From the IMG/VR virus record IMGVR_UViG_2856349417_000002, positions 1 through 64,000 of that record: a DNA stretch of 64,000 nucleotides. One strand, given 5' to 3'. Shown here one piece after another: positions 50,934 to 59,806 of the stretch. The notes under the pieces were generated by a model. That model saw only the letters and a list, made by a program, of their open reading frames with translations, was not told the origin of the DNA and made no database searches. The position numbers and the translations under genes were made by a program. Source of the DNA: a virus. Position 1 is the stretch's first letter. Each line of letters begins with the position of its first letter.

Positions 50934-52027
50934 ACGCGCGCGCCGAAGTAAACGATATTGCCACAATCATCGAGACCAATCCTGTTTCGGTTCTGATTGA
51001 CGACAACCTCTATTCCCGGCTTCGCGATCACGTCGAGGCTGAGATCAATGCGTTCGTGCCGGATCTGTCGACCGCCACCGGCCGCAAGGAGATCGGCTCG
51101 CTGGCCTATAAGGTGACGCGCACCAAGACCGCGATCGACAATGCCGGAAAGAAGCTGAACGAGGACGCGCGCGCGCAGATCAACAAGGTCGACGCCAAGC
51201 GCCGGATCGTTCGCGAGGAATTTGAAGCGCTGGCTGAGCGCGCCCGCAAGCCGCTCACTGATTGGGAGACCGAGGAGGAGGCCCGCATAGAACGGTGCAT
51301 GACGGTCCTCAAGGCCATCGTGGATTGCGGCAATGGCCTTATCGGCGGTGCGCCCCAGCCATTCGCGGCTCTGTTGCATGAACTGGAACAGGTGATCGTG
51401 ATCGACGACCGGCTGGGCGAGTTCGAGGAGCAGGCTCGCACCGCGCATCGCTTCGCGACGGACAAGCTAAACGCCGCATTCGAAGTCCATAAGAAGGCCG
51501 AGGCCGACAGGATCGAACTGGAACAGCTTCGCGCCGAAAAGGAACGCCGCGACAGGATCGAGGCTGAGCGCCTCAAGGCTGAACAGCTTGCAGCCGAGCA
51601 AGCGCAACGAGAACGCGACGATGCCGCTCGCGCCGAACGGGAAGCCCAGGAGCAGAAGGTCCGCGAAGAACAGATCGCCGAGGCCGCGCGGCAGAAGGTG
51701 ATCATGGAGGCGCAGGCCGAGCAGCGCCGCAAGGACGCCGAGGCGGCAGCGTGGCGCGCCGAGCAGGAAGAGAAGATCGCCCGGCTTGAAGCAGAGAAGA
51801 AGGCCGCCGCCGAAAAAGCCGAGCGCGAGGAGGCCTCACGCCTTGCCGAGATCGAGAAAACACGCCGCGAGGAGGAGGCGCGCGCCGCCGACCGCAAGCA
51901 CCGCGGCGAAGTGATGGGGGCTGCCAAGGATGCCTTCATGGCAGTCGGCGTCCGTGAAGAACTCGCCAAGAAGATCGTCCTCGCCATCGTCGCTGGCGAG
52001 ATCCCCAACGTCACATTGAGGTTTTGA
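50930..52027 (+). CDS. Long coiled-coil protein preceding the annealase (365 aa)
   Basis: Track ORF with an ATGA overlap. Contains Glu/Ala/Arg/Lys heptad-rich segments. Confidence 0.7.
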   Translation: MNARAEVNDIATIIETNPVSVLIDDNLYSRLRDHVEAEINAFVPDLSTATGRKEIGSLAYKVTRTKTAIDNAGKKLNEDARAQINKVDAKRRIVREEFEALAERARKPLTDWETEEEARIERCMTVLKAIVDCGNGLIGGAPQPFAALLHELEQVIVIDDRLGEFEEQARTAHRFATDKLNAAFEVHKKAEADRIELEQLRAEKERRDRIEAERLKAEQLAAEQAQRERDDAARAEREAQEQKVREEQIAEAARQKVIMEAQAEQRRKDAEAAAWRAEQEEKIARLEAEKKAAAEKAEREEASRLAEIEKTRREEEARAADRKHRGEVMGAAKDAFMAVGVREELAKKIVLAIVAGEIPNVTLRF

Positions 52028-52030
52028 GCC

Positions 52031-52825
52031 ATGAACAGCGCTGTTGAAATCCGCAAAGACGACCGTTTCGAAGTCGATCACCGGCCCGATCCATTCATCC
52101 AGATGATCGAGCGCGTCGTGCTCGATCCGCAGGCATCCGTCGAGAAGCTCGAACGGATGCTCCAGCTTCGCAACGAAGAGGTTGAGAACAACCGTCGGCG
52201 CGCCCGTGAGGATGCCGAGTTCGTTGCCAAGCGCGCCTATTTCGCGGCCATGTCGAAGTGCCAGACCGAACTCCCGGTCGTCACCAAGAACCGCAAGAAC
52301 GATCACACCAAGTCGACCTACGCCGACCTCGCGGCGATCGAGGAACAGGCCATGCCGATCATCCACAAGCATGGCTTTGCGGTCTCGTTTCAGCCGGACG
52401 GCTACAACGAACTCGGCGAACTGCGCATCCTTTGGGAGATTTCGCACGAGGAAGGTCACGTCAGGAACGGTGACGCTGGAATCCCCGTCGATGGCGCCGG
52501 ATCGCAAGGCAAGGTCAACAAGACCGGCACCCAGGCTTTCGGCAGCACCGCCACCTACGGCCGGCGCTACCTGCTTTGCATGCTGTTCAACATCTCGACC
52601 GGTGACGATCGCGACGGCAACGCGATCGGCAAGGGCGCGCCGATCAGCGAAGACCAGTTGCGCCAACTTTGGGCGATTATGGATGAGGTCGGAGCTTCGG
52701 CCGACAAGTTCTGCGAGGTCTACGACATCCAGGCGGTGCCTGATCTTCCGGCGAGCATGTTTGATGACGCGGTGCAAAACCTCCGTGCCTACGGCAAGCG
52801 GCAGGCTGGCGGAGGGCGTGGCTGA
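52031..52825 (+). CDS. ERF-family single-strand annealing protein
   Basis: TYADLAAIEEQAMPIIHKHGF and FGSTATYGRRYLLCMLF match the ERF core as I recall it. Confidence 0.7.
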   Translation: MNSAVEIRKDDRFEVDHRPDPFIQMIERVVLDPQASVEKLERMLQLRNEEVENNRRRAREDAEFVAKRAYFAAMSKCQTELPVVTKNRKNDHTKSTYADLAAIEEQAMPIIHKHGFAVSFQPDGYNELGELRILWEISHEEGHVRNGDAGIPVDGAGSQGKVNKTGTQAFGSTATYGRRYLLCMLFNISTGDDRDGNAIGKGAPISEDQLRQLWAIMDEVGASADKFCEVYDIQAVPDLPASMFDDAVQNLRAYGKRQAGGGRG

Positions 52826-53571
52826 TGGGCATGGAAATCTTCGACTGCGTCCAAGGCACGCCGGAATGGTTCGAGTGCAGGCGCGGACTGCCGACTGCCT
52901 CACAGTTCTCGACCGTCATTTCGGAAGGCCGATCCGACGGCACCATGGCGAACACGCTGATCGATGCGCTGGTCAAGTCGGGGTGCTCGGCTGCTCAACT
53001 GGCCGCTGCCGTGAAAGCTGCAAAGAGCAAGAACGCCAATCCAGCCGCCACCCGGTCGAAATACATGCGCGAGCTGGCCGGCGAGATCCTGACGGGCGAA
53101 CTGAGCGAGAGCTATTCGAACGCTCATATGGAGCGAGGCAGCGATCAGGAAGATGACGCGCGCCGCCTCTATGCCTTCCACACCGATACCGAACCAAAGC
53201 TCGTCGGCTTCGTGCGCAATGGCAACGCCGGATGCAGCCCGGATTCGATCATCGGAAACAACGGCGGCCTGGAGATCAAGTCGGCCCTCGCGCATATCCA
53301 GATCGATCGCCTGTTCCGGAACGAACTGCCTTCCGAGCACAAGGCCCAGGTGCATGGCAATATCTGGCTTTGCGAGCGGGAATGGTGGGACTTCATGTCC
53401 TACTGCCCCAAGCTTCCGCCGCTCATCAAGCGCGTCTATCGCGATGAGGTCTATATCGCCTCCATCGCTACAGCAGTCAGGATCTTCAATGAAGAACTGG
53501 CGGCGCTTGTCGATCGCGTCCGCGCCTATGAGCCCGAGCCGGAAAACAGCGCCATGCGGATGGCCGGCTGA
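52825..53571 (+). CDS. YqaJ/lambda-Exo-like recombination exonuclease
   Basis: Contains QGTPEWFECRRG and the PD-(D/E)xK core CSPDS...GGLEIKS. Confidence 0.8.
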   Translation: MGMEIFDCVQGTPEWFECRRGLPTASQFSTVISEGRSDGTMANTLIDALVKSGCSAAQLAAAVKAAKSKNANPAATRSKYMRELAGEILTGELSESYSNAHMERGSDQEDDARRLYAFHTDTEPKLVGFVRNGNAGCSPDSIIGNNGGLEIKSALAHIQIDRLFRNELPSEHKAQVHGNIWLCEREWWDFMSYCPKLPPLIKRVYRDEVYIASIATAVRIFNEELAALVDRVRAYEPEPENSAMRMAG

Positions 53572-53573
53572 TC

Positions 53574-54023
53574 ATGGCTCGCGTCGCCTTCCTCCCTGAC
53601 CATGGCGCAAAGGTCGAAGGACCGCCCAGCGACTGGAAGCGGCCGGAGATCCCGAAGAAAATCCTCGCAGAGCTGCTCATCCGGCAGAACGGCAAGGATC
53701 CTCGCACCGGCATGCGCCTGGAGCCGCTCACCCGCGGTATCGAGATCGACCACGACCCGCCGCTGAAACTGCGGGCGTGGGACCCGGTGAAGCGGGATAC
53801 GATCCCGCCGGCCAATTCGATCGAGCACCTGGTGGTGAGGGACAAGCCGGCCCACCGGGAGAAGACTGTGGGCGGGCCCGTCACCTCGTACGGCTCGGAC
53901 ATCCACGCCATCGCCAAGACCAAGCGCCTCGAGGAGCGCCGCGACGGCGAGACCAAGCCGAAGCGCAAATGGCCGACGCGGAAACTTCCGAGCCGCAAGG
54001 ATGCGAGGAAGGTGCCGTGGTGA
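53574..54023 (+). CDS. HNH-like nuclease (weak)
   Basis: Contains GIEIDHDPPL...PPANSIEHLVVRDKPAHREKT, with a basic C-terminal tail. Confidence 0.45.
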   Translation: MARVAFLPDHGAKVEGPPSDWKRPEIPKKILAELLIRQNGKDPRTGMRLEPLTRGIEIDHDPPLKLRAWDPVKRDTIPPANSIEHLVVRDKPAHREKTVGGPVTSYGSDIHAIAKTKRLEERRDGETKPKRKWPTRKLPSRKDARKVPW

Positions 54024-54037
54024 CCAAGGGGGAGATC

Positions 54038-54382
54038 ATGACCGATAGCTTTTTCACGACGCGCAACCTGGCCGATGCCCAATTCGATGGAACGTCGCAT
54101 CTCATCGTGATGCAGTTTCTCGACGCGTCGGCTCGCAGGCTGGCGACGCTGGAGGGACCGCTTGAGGCGGCCAAGCGCCTCCAGCGCCTCGCCGATATCT
54201 GTTCCGGCGCCTACGTGCTGCCGATTGAGCATTGGGGGAAGGCGGAGGTGCCGAAAGCCGCCGAGCCAGAGCCGCGCCCAAGCTGGTTCCTCAAGCTCAA
54301 GCGCTACCTGACCGACAACACCGTGTTCGCGTTCTGGCTGGGCTTCCTGTTCGGCTGTTTCATCACCTTTGGGAGGCAATGA
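54038..54382 (+). CDS. Hypothetical protein with a C-terminal TM helix (114 aa)
   Basis: ATG at 54038 follows GGGGAG. Alternative GTG starts are at 54017 and 54020. The C-terminus is VFAFWLGFLFGCFITF. Confidence 0.5.
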   Translation: MTDSFFTTRNLADAQFDGTSHLIVMQFLDASARRLATLEGPLEAAKRLQRLADICSGAYVLPIEHWGKAEVPKAAEPEPRPSWFLKLKRYLTDNTVFAFWLGFLFGCFITFGRQ

Positions 54383-54383
54383 C

Positions 54384-55400
54384 GTGGGTGAGATCACCGC
54401 AATCTCTTGGTGCGACATGACGCACAATCATTGGATCGGATGTTCCAAGGTCTCGATCGCGTGCGACGGCTGCTACGCCGAGGCGATGATGGACAAGCGT
54501 TATCATCGCGTCGAGTGGGGCGGCCCTGGTAAAGGCGCCGGCACGCGTGTCCTCACATCAGAGGCGAACCGGCGCAAGCCTTTGGCATGGAACCGCAAAG
54601 CCGCCGAGGCCGGAACGCGACCATTCGTGTTCTGCTCCAGCCTGGCCGATGTCTTCGACAACCAAGTGCCTACGGCATGGCGCACCGACCTTTTCGAACT
54701 GATCCGAGCAACGCCGAACCTGATCTGGCTGCTGCTCACAAAACGCCCGCAGAACATCGTCCGGATGTATGGCGCGGCCTTCGACATGCCGTGGCCGCGC
54801 AACGCCGCGATCGGCACGACGGTCGAGGATCAGGAACGGGCAATCAACCTGTTTCATCTGGCATGCGCCGCGCGCGACCTTGAGCGCCCGGCCTTCACCT
54901 TCGCCAGCTTCGAGCCGCTGCTTGGGCCGGTCGACCCGACACGGATCGTCATCCATGAAGGGCCGGCCAAGTTCGTCGACTGGCCGGAAGTCACCACGGG
55001 CATCGTTACCTTCAATTCGCTACTCGGCGCGCCATCGATCAAGTTGCCGCCGCTTGGCTGGGCGATCACGGGCGGTGAGACAGACCAAGGCGAGCATCGC
55101 GCGCGCCCGACGCACCCGCTGTGGTTCCGGCAGCTTCGCGACCAGTGCACGGCCGCCGGCGTCGCCTTTCATCACAAACAGAACGGCGAGTGGGCACCGG
55201 GCAGAGACGCGCCCGACCTATGGCGGTTCGATGAAGCTACGATCCTCCCTGATGGCCGCGTGAGGGAGTGGCAGGAAGACTATCCGCAAGCGCGCCTAGT
55301 CCATCCCGACATGGTCGCCATGCGCAAGATCGGCAAGCGCCGCTCTGGCCGCCTGCTCGACGGCATTGAACACAACGCACGACCGGAGGTGGCGGCATGA
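54384..55400 (+). CDS. Phage Gp37/Gp68 (DUF5131) family protein
   Basis: GTG at 54384 lies 8 nt after GGGAGG. Contains ISWCDMTHNHWIGCSKVSIACDGCYAE, FVFCSSLADVF and ARPTHPLWFRQLRDQC. Confidence 0.7.
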   Translation: MGEITAISWCDMTHNHWIGCSKVSIACDGCYAEAMMDKRYHRVEWGGPGKGAGTRVLTSEANRRKPLAWNRKAAEAGTRPFVFCSSLADVFDNQVPTAWRTDLFELIRATPNLIWLLLTKRPQNIVRMYGAAFDMPWPRNAAIGTTVEDQERAINLFHLACAARDLERPAFTFASFEPLLGPVDPTRIVIHEGPAKFVDWPEVTTGIVTFNSLLGAPSIKLPPLGWAITGGETDQGEHRARPTHPLWFRQLRDQCTAAGVAFHHKQNGEWAPGRDAPDLWRFDEATILPDGRVREWQEDYPQARLVHPDMVAMRKIGKRRSGRLLDGIEHNARPEVAA

Positions 55401-56431
55401 CTATGCGCGCGAAGATCGACGTCAACATCCACGACACGACCATCGGCATCTGGCAGGACAATGCCCGGGACGAAACTTTCCTCTCCGATGTGTTCGCGCC
55501 ACTGGTTCGCGGCATGCGAGACCGAGGCTGGCACGTCGGCGCCGATCCGCGCATGAAAGATCATTTCCGGGCGCTGAACTCGACGCACCGCCTCGCCTCG
55601 CAAGGCAACATGCGGGCCTCGGTCGAGATCAACGGCCGCGCGATCGAGATCAAATTCTGGGCCGAGACCTGGCCGATGGATAACCAACACGGCCGCCGCT
55701 ACGATTTCCGCAAGCTCGCCCGCATGGAGTATCTCGACCGGCTGCGCTTCCATCTCGAAGCGCGCCGCATCGTGGCCTGGCTCGAAACCATCGCGCCGGT
55801 AACGGTGAAGCAAGACGAACCGGCCGGCATCACGGCAATGGAGCGGATTGAGCGCCGCTACGCCGAATCCTGGCACACCGACAAGAAACTCGGCCGACCT
55901 GTCAGCGAGTACGCCTACAACCACACCTCGCGCGACGGCCAGACGATCGAGCATGGCGCGACGGTCTGGTTCGTCGGCTATGACAAGCGCATCGGGCGCG
56001 GCACCGCCTATTACAACATCAACAGCATGTGGTGGGTGGTGGCCGACAAGTACACCCTGCTCAACCTCGCGTGCCATGAGATATTCTGCTCGGCGCCGGC
56101 GGACCTGCGCGTCAAGCGCAACGAGCGCAAGCGCCGGGAGAGGCTGGAGCGTGAGCTTGCCGCCGCCACCAGGCGCATGGACTTCAAGCGCGCCGAGCTG
56201 CTGCGCCGCATCATCTTCGGCGCCGAGACGGTCTACCTGATCTGGGCGAGGGACAAGGACGCGTACTATCGCCCGCAATATTGCGGCTACACGACCGACA
56301 CGATTTCAGCCGGCCGCTACACGCGCGCCGAGGCGGAGGCCGAGGTGCGCCGCGTTCCGCACGAGTTGATGGCGGTCACGCCAGACGGCAAGCGCATCAA
56401 CGCTGCAGACTTCGACCTGGTGGCGGCATGA
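55397..56431 (+). CDS. Hypothetical protein (344 aa)
   Basis: Track ORF with an ATGA overlap. Has a UVR-like segment MDFKRAELLRRII. Confidence 0.65.
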   Translation: MTMRAKIDVNIHDTTIGIWQDNARDETFLSDVFAPLVRGMRDRGWHVGADPRMKDHFRALNSTHRLASQGNMRASVEINGRAIEIKFWAETWPMDNQHGRRYDFRKLARMEYLDRLRFHLEARRIVAWLETIAPVTVKQDEPAGITAMERIERRYAESWHTDKKLGRPVSEYAYNHTSRDGQTIEHGATVWFVGYDKRIGRGTAYYNINSMWWVVADKYTLLNLACHEIFCSAPADLRVKRNERKRRERLERELAAATRRMDFKRAELLRRIIFGAETVYLIWARDKDAYYRPQYCGYTTDTISAGRYTRAEAEAEVRRVPHELMAVTPDGKRINAADFDLVAA

Positions 56432-56613
56432 AGGTCATCGACTTTTCCCGCCGCTGCGCCGGCCTCTCGTCCATCGCGGCGAAGTGGGCGCACGACACTT
56501 TGTCCACGCTTCCGGCCGACGTCGATCAGGAGGAGCACCCCGACACCGTCCGCAGGTTCATCGCCGAAATGCGGGAGCGTCTCAATTATATCGAGGAGAA
56601 ACTGAATGGCTGA
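56428..56613 (+). CDS. Hypothetical protein (61 aa)
   Basis: ATGA overlap with the upstream gene. This is the C-terminal part of track ORF 56281-56613. Confidence 0.5.
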   Translation: MKVIDFSRRCAGLSSIAAKWAHDTLSTLPADVDQEEHPDTVRRFIAEMRERLNYIEEKLNG

Positions 56614-56845
56614 CCAAGTAACGCATCCCCCGCGCATTTCGGACCTGCAGGCGAGCATCGCCCGCGCGCAGACGCAGGCGAAGATGGACGTTCTGGAGAG
56701 GACCAACGAGGTTCTCACGCGCCAGCTCGCCGCGATCTTCGACGGAATCGGCCGCAATGAGCAGGTGGAGCTGATCTATCCGAACGGCGAGGTGGTTCTG
56801 ATCACCAAGGCGCGCAAGCGCGGGGAGAAGGAAGGCGGCGAGTGA
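56606..56845 (+). CDS. Hypothetical protein (79 aa)
   Basis: Track ORF with an 8-nt overlap upstream. Confidence 0.55.
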   Translation: MADQVTHPPRISDLQASIARAQTQAKMDVLERTNEVLTRQLAAIFDGIGRNEQVELIYPNGEVVLITKARKRGEKEGGE

Positions 56846-57075
56846 TGGCGGAGAACGCGCTGCGCGGCAAATGCGAGTGCGGCTTCGTCTTCGTGGTCGC
56901 TCACCTCCCGATGCCGCTCAACAAGGCGGCGATCCTGGCAAAGAGCGCACGTTGCCCGAAATGCGCCTCGAGCAAGATCTTCGTGGCCGGCGATGCTGAT
57001 GATGTGTCACCACCGCCGCGCGCCGACGGCGGCGCCGACATCGTCATGAAGCACCAGAACATCGCAGGCACGTGA
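56842..57075 (+). CDS. Zinc-ribbon-like protein (77 aa)
   Basis: Contains CECG ... CPKC. GTGATG start overlaps the upstream stop. Confidence 0.55.
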   Translation: MMAENALRGKCECGFVFVVAHLPMPLNKAAILAKSARCPKCASSKIFVAGDADDVSPPPRADGGADIVMKHQNIAGT

Positions 57076-57467
57076 TGGAAAATGCTTTTGACGCGTCAAA
57101 AGTAAAAATGGACCCGGACGAAGCGCTGATGAAGCTGCACGACCTGCTCGCTCAGCGCAGCGCCGGCAGCTTCGGCAACCTCGATCAGGCGGAGCGTCGG
57201 AAGTATTTCGCCGAGGCGAGCCGAAAAAGCCGCGCCAAGGTCAAGGGCGCCGGAGCGAGCGGCGCGCCAGCGCCGACGACGGCCGTCATCCGCGAAGCCC
57301 TCGCCGATGCGGCGCTGATGATCCTCGCCACCGACGCGCCTGGCGCTGAGCATGTGCGGAGCGTGCTGGGCAAGGTGTTCGAGAAGCGGCCGGGCGTTCC
57401 GTTGCAGGTCGAGACGAAGGCGAAGGGCGGCAAGATGAGACCGAAACTGATCGCGAGGAGCGAGTGA
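57072..57467 (+). CDS. Hypothetical protein (131 aa)
   Basis: Track ORF, coupled. Confidence 0.55.
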   Translation: MMENAFDASKVKMDPDEALMKLHDLLAQRSAGSFGNLDQAERRKYFAEASRKSRAKVKGAGASGAPAPTTAVIREALADAALMILATDAPGAEHVRSVLGKVFEKRPGVPLQVETKAKGGKMRPKLIARSE

Positions 57468-57865
57468 TGGCAGAGAAGGCATTTCCAATCGGTGCTGTGC
57501 TGTCGGTGGTGACCGGCCGGCTGGTCTCCGAAAATCACATGACGGGCATCTATGAGGTGCTGAACTACATGACCGGCGAGAACGTGTTTACGCACCAGAT
57601 ACCGCGCATAAGTCGTGAAGCGGAGCCAGTCATTCTCGCGCTTCATCCGGAACTGAGGAAGGCTCTCCCGGAGGCCGAGCAGGTCAACGGCGACAACTGG
57701 CGCGAATGGCTCGCGACATGGAAAGCGCGCTATGGTGAGGAGATCACCGTGCCGCTGATGACGATCGCGCAGCACGAGCGCATCGATCCTCTCTCCGAAC
57801 TCGCCGAGCGGGTTCATCCCGACAAGATCGTGGTCGTCGCGCCGAAAGCGCCGCGCCATGACTGA
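57464..57865 (+). CDS. Hypothetical protein (133 aa)
   Basis: Track ORF, coupled. Confidence 0.6.
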   Translation: MMAEKAFPIGAVLSVVTGRLVSENHMTGIYEVLNYMTGENVFTHQIPRISREAEPVILALHPELRKALPEAEQVNGDNWREWLATWKARYGEEITVPLMTIAQHERIDPLSELAERVHPDKIVVVAPKAPRHD

Positions 57866-58145
57866 GCCTGATGCCTATCTGGTCGAGGGACCGGACTGGA
57901 AGCGCGTGTTCTTCAATCGCGTGGCCGCTGATCGGCTTGCCATCGATACTGGGCGCGTTGTTGAGCCGCTGTATCGGAAGGTTCTGGAGGAACGCCTTTG
58001 CGAGCTCTGCGGCCGGCATATCATGGCCCGGCCTGAGACCGCGACAGGTTGGCGCGCGCAGTGCGGGAACCGCCTCACTCGCTTGGAGGAATGCGGCACC
58101 GCACCGGTGTGCAAAGATAAGGGACCAGCGAATATTTCCCGTTGA
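57858..58145 (+). CDS. Hypothetical protein (95 aa)
   Basis: Track ORF. Its stop is embedded in the next -35-like TTGACT. Confidence 0.55.
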   Translation: MTEPDAYLVEGPDWKRVFFNRVAADRLAIDTGRVVEPLYRKVLEERLCELCGRHIMARPETATGWRAQCGNRLTRLEECGTAPVCKDKGPANISR

Positions 58146-58169
58146 CTTCGTTGTAACCAATATGGTTAC
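58142..58169 (+). promoter_or_regulatory. Promoter/operator cassette: TTGACT - 5 nt - GTAACCA-ata-TGGTTAC
   Basis: Perfect palindrome at 58153-58169. Same layout as 37574-37601. Confidence 0.55.
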
Positions 58170-58205
58170 ACTGTCACCATAACAGTTTCACCAGAGCGGC
58201 CGCCA

Positions 58206-58817
58206 ATGTCATCTCTCCCTGCAATCGTCGTCGCCGGACAAGGCCGCTGCGGCACCTCGCTGATGATGCAGATGCTCTATGCCGGCGGCGTGCAGTGCTT
58301 CGGCGATTGGCCCGCCTTCGAATCGAGCGCTAGCATGTTCGGGAGCTTCGACCCGAAGGCCTTCGCCGAACTCAGAGGCAGGGCGATCAAGCTCATCACC
58401 CCGGCCGAGCTGCCGATCGGTCCCATGCCGAAGCATGTCGTCATCTGGCTCGATCGGGACTCGCACGAGCAGGCAAGATCGCAATTGAAGATGGTCGCCG
58501 ATCTGCCCGGTGTCACCTCGAACCGGCATTGCGTCCGCACCATGGTCGCCGGCATCAGGAGAGAAAGATCGCCGAACATGGCTGCGGTCGGCGCCAATGG
58601 AAAATGCCCGACGCTCGTCCTGACCTTCGAGCGGCTGTTGACGAGAACATCCGTGGCGATGAGCGCCCTTGAGGCCTTCCTCGGCCTCCACGGCTATGAC
58701 CACCTCAATTTTCAGGCGATGCGCAGGCAGATCAGGCCGCGCTCGCCTTATTGCTACCCCGGCATGATGGAGGTCGATCTCCTGTCAGAGCCGCCACCAG
58801 GTCGACCGGCGATGTGA
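58206..58817 (+). CDS. Sulfotransferase-like protein (203 aa)
   Basis: The N-terminus VVAGQGRCGTSLMMQML fits the 5'-PSB loop pattern G..R.GT[ST].L, and VIWLDRDSHEQARS fits the 3'-PB pattern R...D...S. Confidence 0.55.
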   Translation: MSSLPAIVVAGQGRCGTSLMMQMLYAGGVQCFGDWPAFESSASMFGSFDPKAFAELRGRAIKLITPAELPIGPMPKHVVIWLDRDSHEQARSQLKMVADLPGVTSNRHCVRTMVAGIRRERSPNMAAVGANGKCPTLVLTFERLLTRTSVAMSALEAFLGLHGYDHLNFQAMRRQIRPRSPYCYPGMMEVDLLSEPPPGRPAM

Positions 58818-58853
58818 TCCGCCGCGACAATCCCTCAACCACGGAGCAAAGCA

Positions 58854-59288
58854 ATGGAAACAAACACACGCTTCATCGAACTGACGGCTAGCATCGTCTC
58901 GGCCTATGTCAGCAACAACCCGGTGCCAGCGGCGAGCCTGCCGGACCTGATCGCCAGCGTGAACGCATCGGTGCAGGGTCTCGCGGGGCCGGCGAAGGCA
59001 CCGGAGGTCGAGCTGGTGCCGGCGGTCAACCCGAAGAAGTCCATCTTCCCCGATCACATCATCTGCCTGGAAGACGGCAAGAAGTTCGCATCCATGAAGC
59101 GGCACATCGCCGGGCTCGGAATGACGCCGGACCAGTATCGCGCGAAATGGAACTTGCCTGCTGATTACCCCATGGTGGCGCCGAACTATTCCGAGAAGCG
59201 ATCGCAACTCGCGAAGGCTTCGGGGCTCGGTCGCAAGATGCCGCCGCCTGCCCGCGCCACGAACGGCGCGCGCCGCGCTTTCCAGTAG
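58854..59288 (+). CDS. mucR: MucR/Ros-family zinc-finger transcriptional regulator
   Basis: Contains ICLEDGKKFASMKRHIAGLGMTPDQYRAKWNLPADYPMVAPNYSEKRSQLAK. GGAG RBS. Confidence 0.9.
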   Translation: METNTRFIELTASIVSAYVSNNPVPAASLPDLIASVNASVQGLAGPAKAPEVELVPAVNPKKSIFPDHIICLEDGKKFASMKRHIAGLGMTPDQYRAKWNLPADYPMVAPNYSEKRSQLAKASGLGRKMPPPARATNGARRAFQ

Positions 59289-59300
59289 GCGCGCGCACCA

Positions 59301-59552
59301 ATGGCCACCGTCGACGTCATCCCCAAAATCCGCTGCGACAACTGCGGCTTCATGGTTGAGAAGCATCGTGAGCGCGGCGGCTCGGAGTTCAACAAGCCGA
59401 GCATGTGGGGCAGCATCCACGCCAACGGTGGCCGGAGCACCGATTCCTACGGCGGCAAAGAGCGGCTCGACTTCGCCGACCTTTGCCAGCCATGCGCCTG
59501 CGCCGCGCTCGACGCGGCAGCAGCCGCCTTGAAGCAACGGCGAGGCGAATGA
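59301..59552 (+). CDS. Hypothetical Cys-containing protein (83 aa)
   Basis: Track ORF. Confidence 0.55.
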   Translation: MATVDVIPKIRCDNCGFMVEKHRERGGSEFNKPSMWGSIHANGGRSTDSYGGKERLDFADLCQPCACAALDAAAAALKQRRGE

Positions 59553-59806
59553 TGTTGCTCGGTGATTCATGGGCCGGCTACGACGCCTGGAAAACGGAAC
59601 CGCCCGATTGGGTGATGCCCTATCACACCCGGCGCTGCGCCGACGAAACCCGCTGGCGCATGCATAGAGACCCTCGCCGCCATCCGTTCTTCGACTGCGA
59701 CGAGTCCGAATACGAATACCTCTGTGAGGAATGGGACCAGCTGGCGCGCATCGATGCGCACGAGCGCGGGCCGGAGGATGAAGACTTCGAGGAGATGCCG
59801 GCATGA
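59549..59806 (+). CDS. Hypothetical acidic protein (85 aa)
   Basis: ATGA overlap. This is the C-terminal part of track ORF 59405-59806. Confidence 0.5.
   Translation: MMLLGDSWAGYDAWKTEPPDWVMPYHTRRCADETRWRMHRDPRRHPFFDCDESEYEYLCEEWDQLARIDAHERGPEDEDFEEMPA

Noticed and set aside
126-58169. Reading the recurrent palindrome as CtrA boxes (GTAACCAT resembles TTAACCAT) or as sigma-54 promoters (TGGCAC)
   Set aside because: The sites are strict inverted repeats with N3 spacing, not TTAA-N7-TTAA. TGGCACC is never followed by TTGC at the N5 distance. Clustering around the CI-like gene fits a phage operator better.
42819-58817. Functional link between the PAPS-reductase-family protein (42819-43664) and the sulfotransferase-like protein (58206-58817) through PAPS metabolism
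   Set aside because: The two genes are 15 kb apart in different operons. Phage PAPS-reductase-fold proteins are generally PP-loop ATPases unrelated to sulfate assimilation, and the sequence does not support a link.
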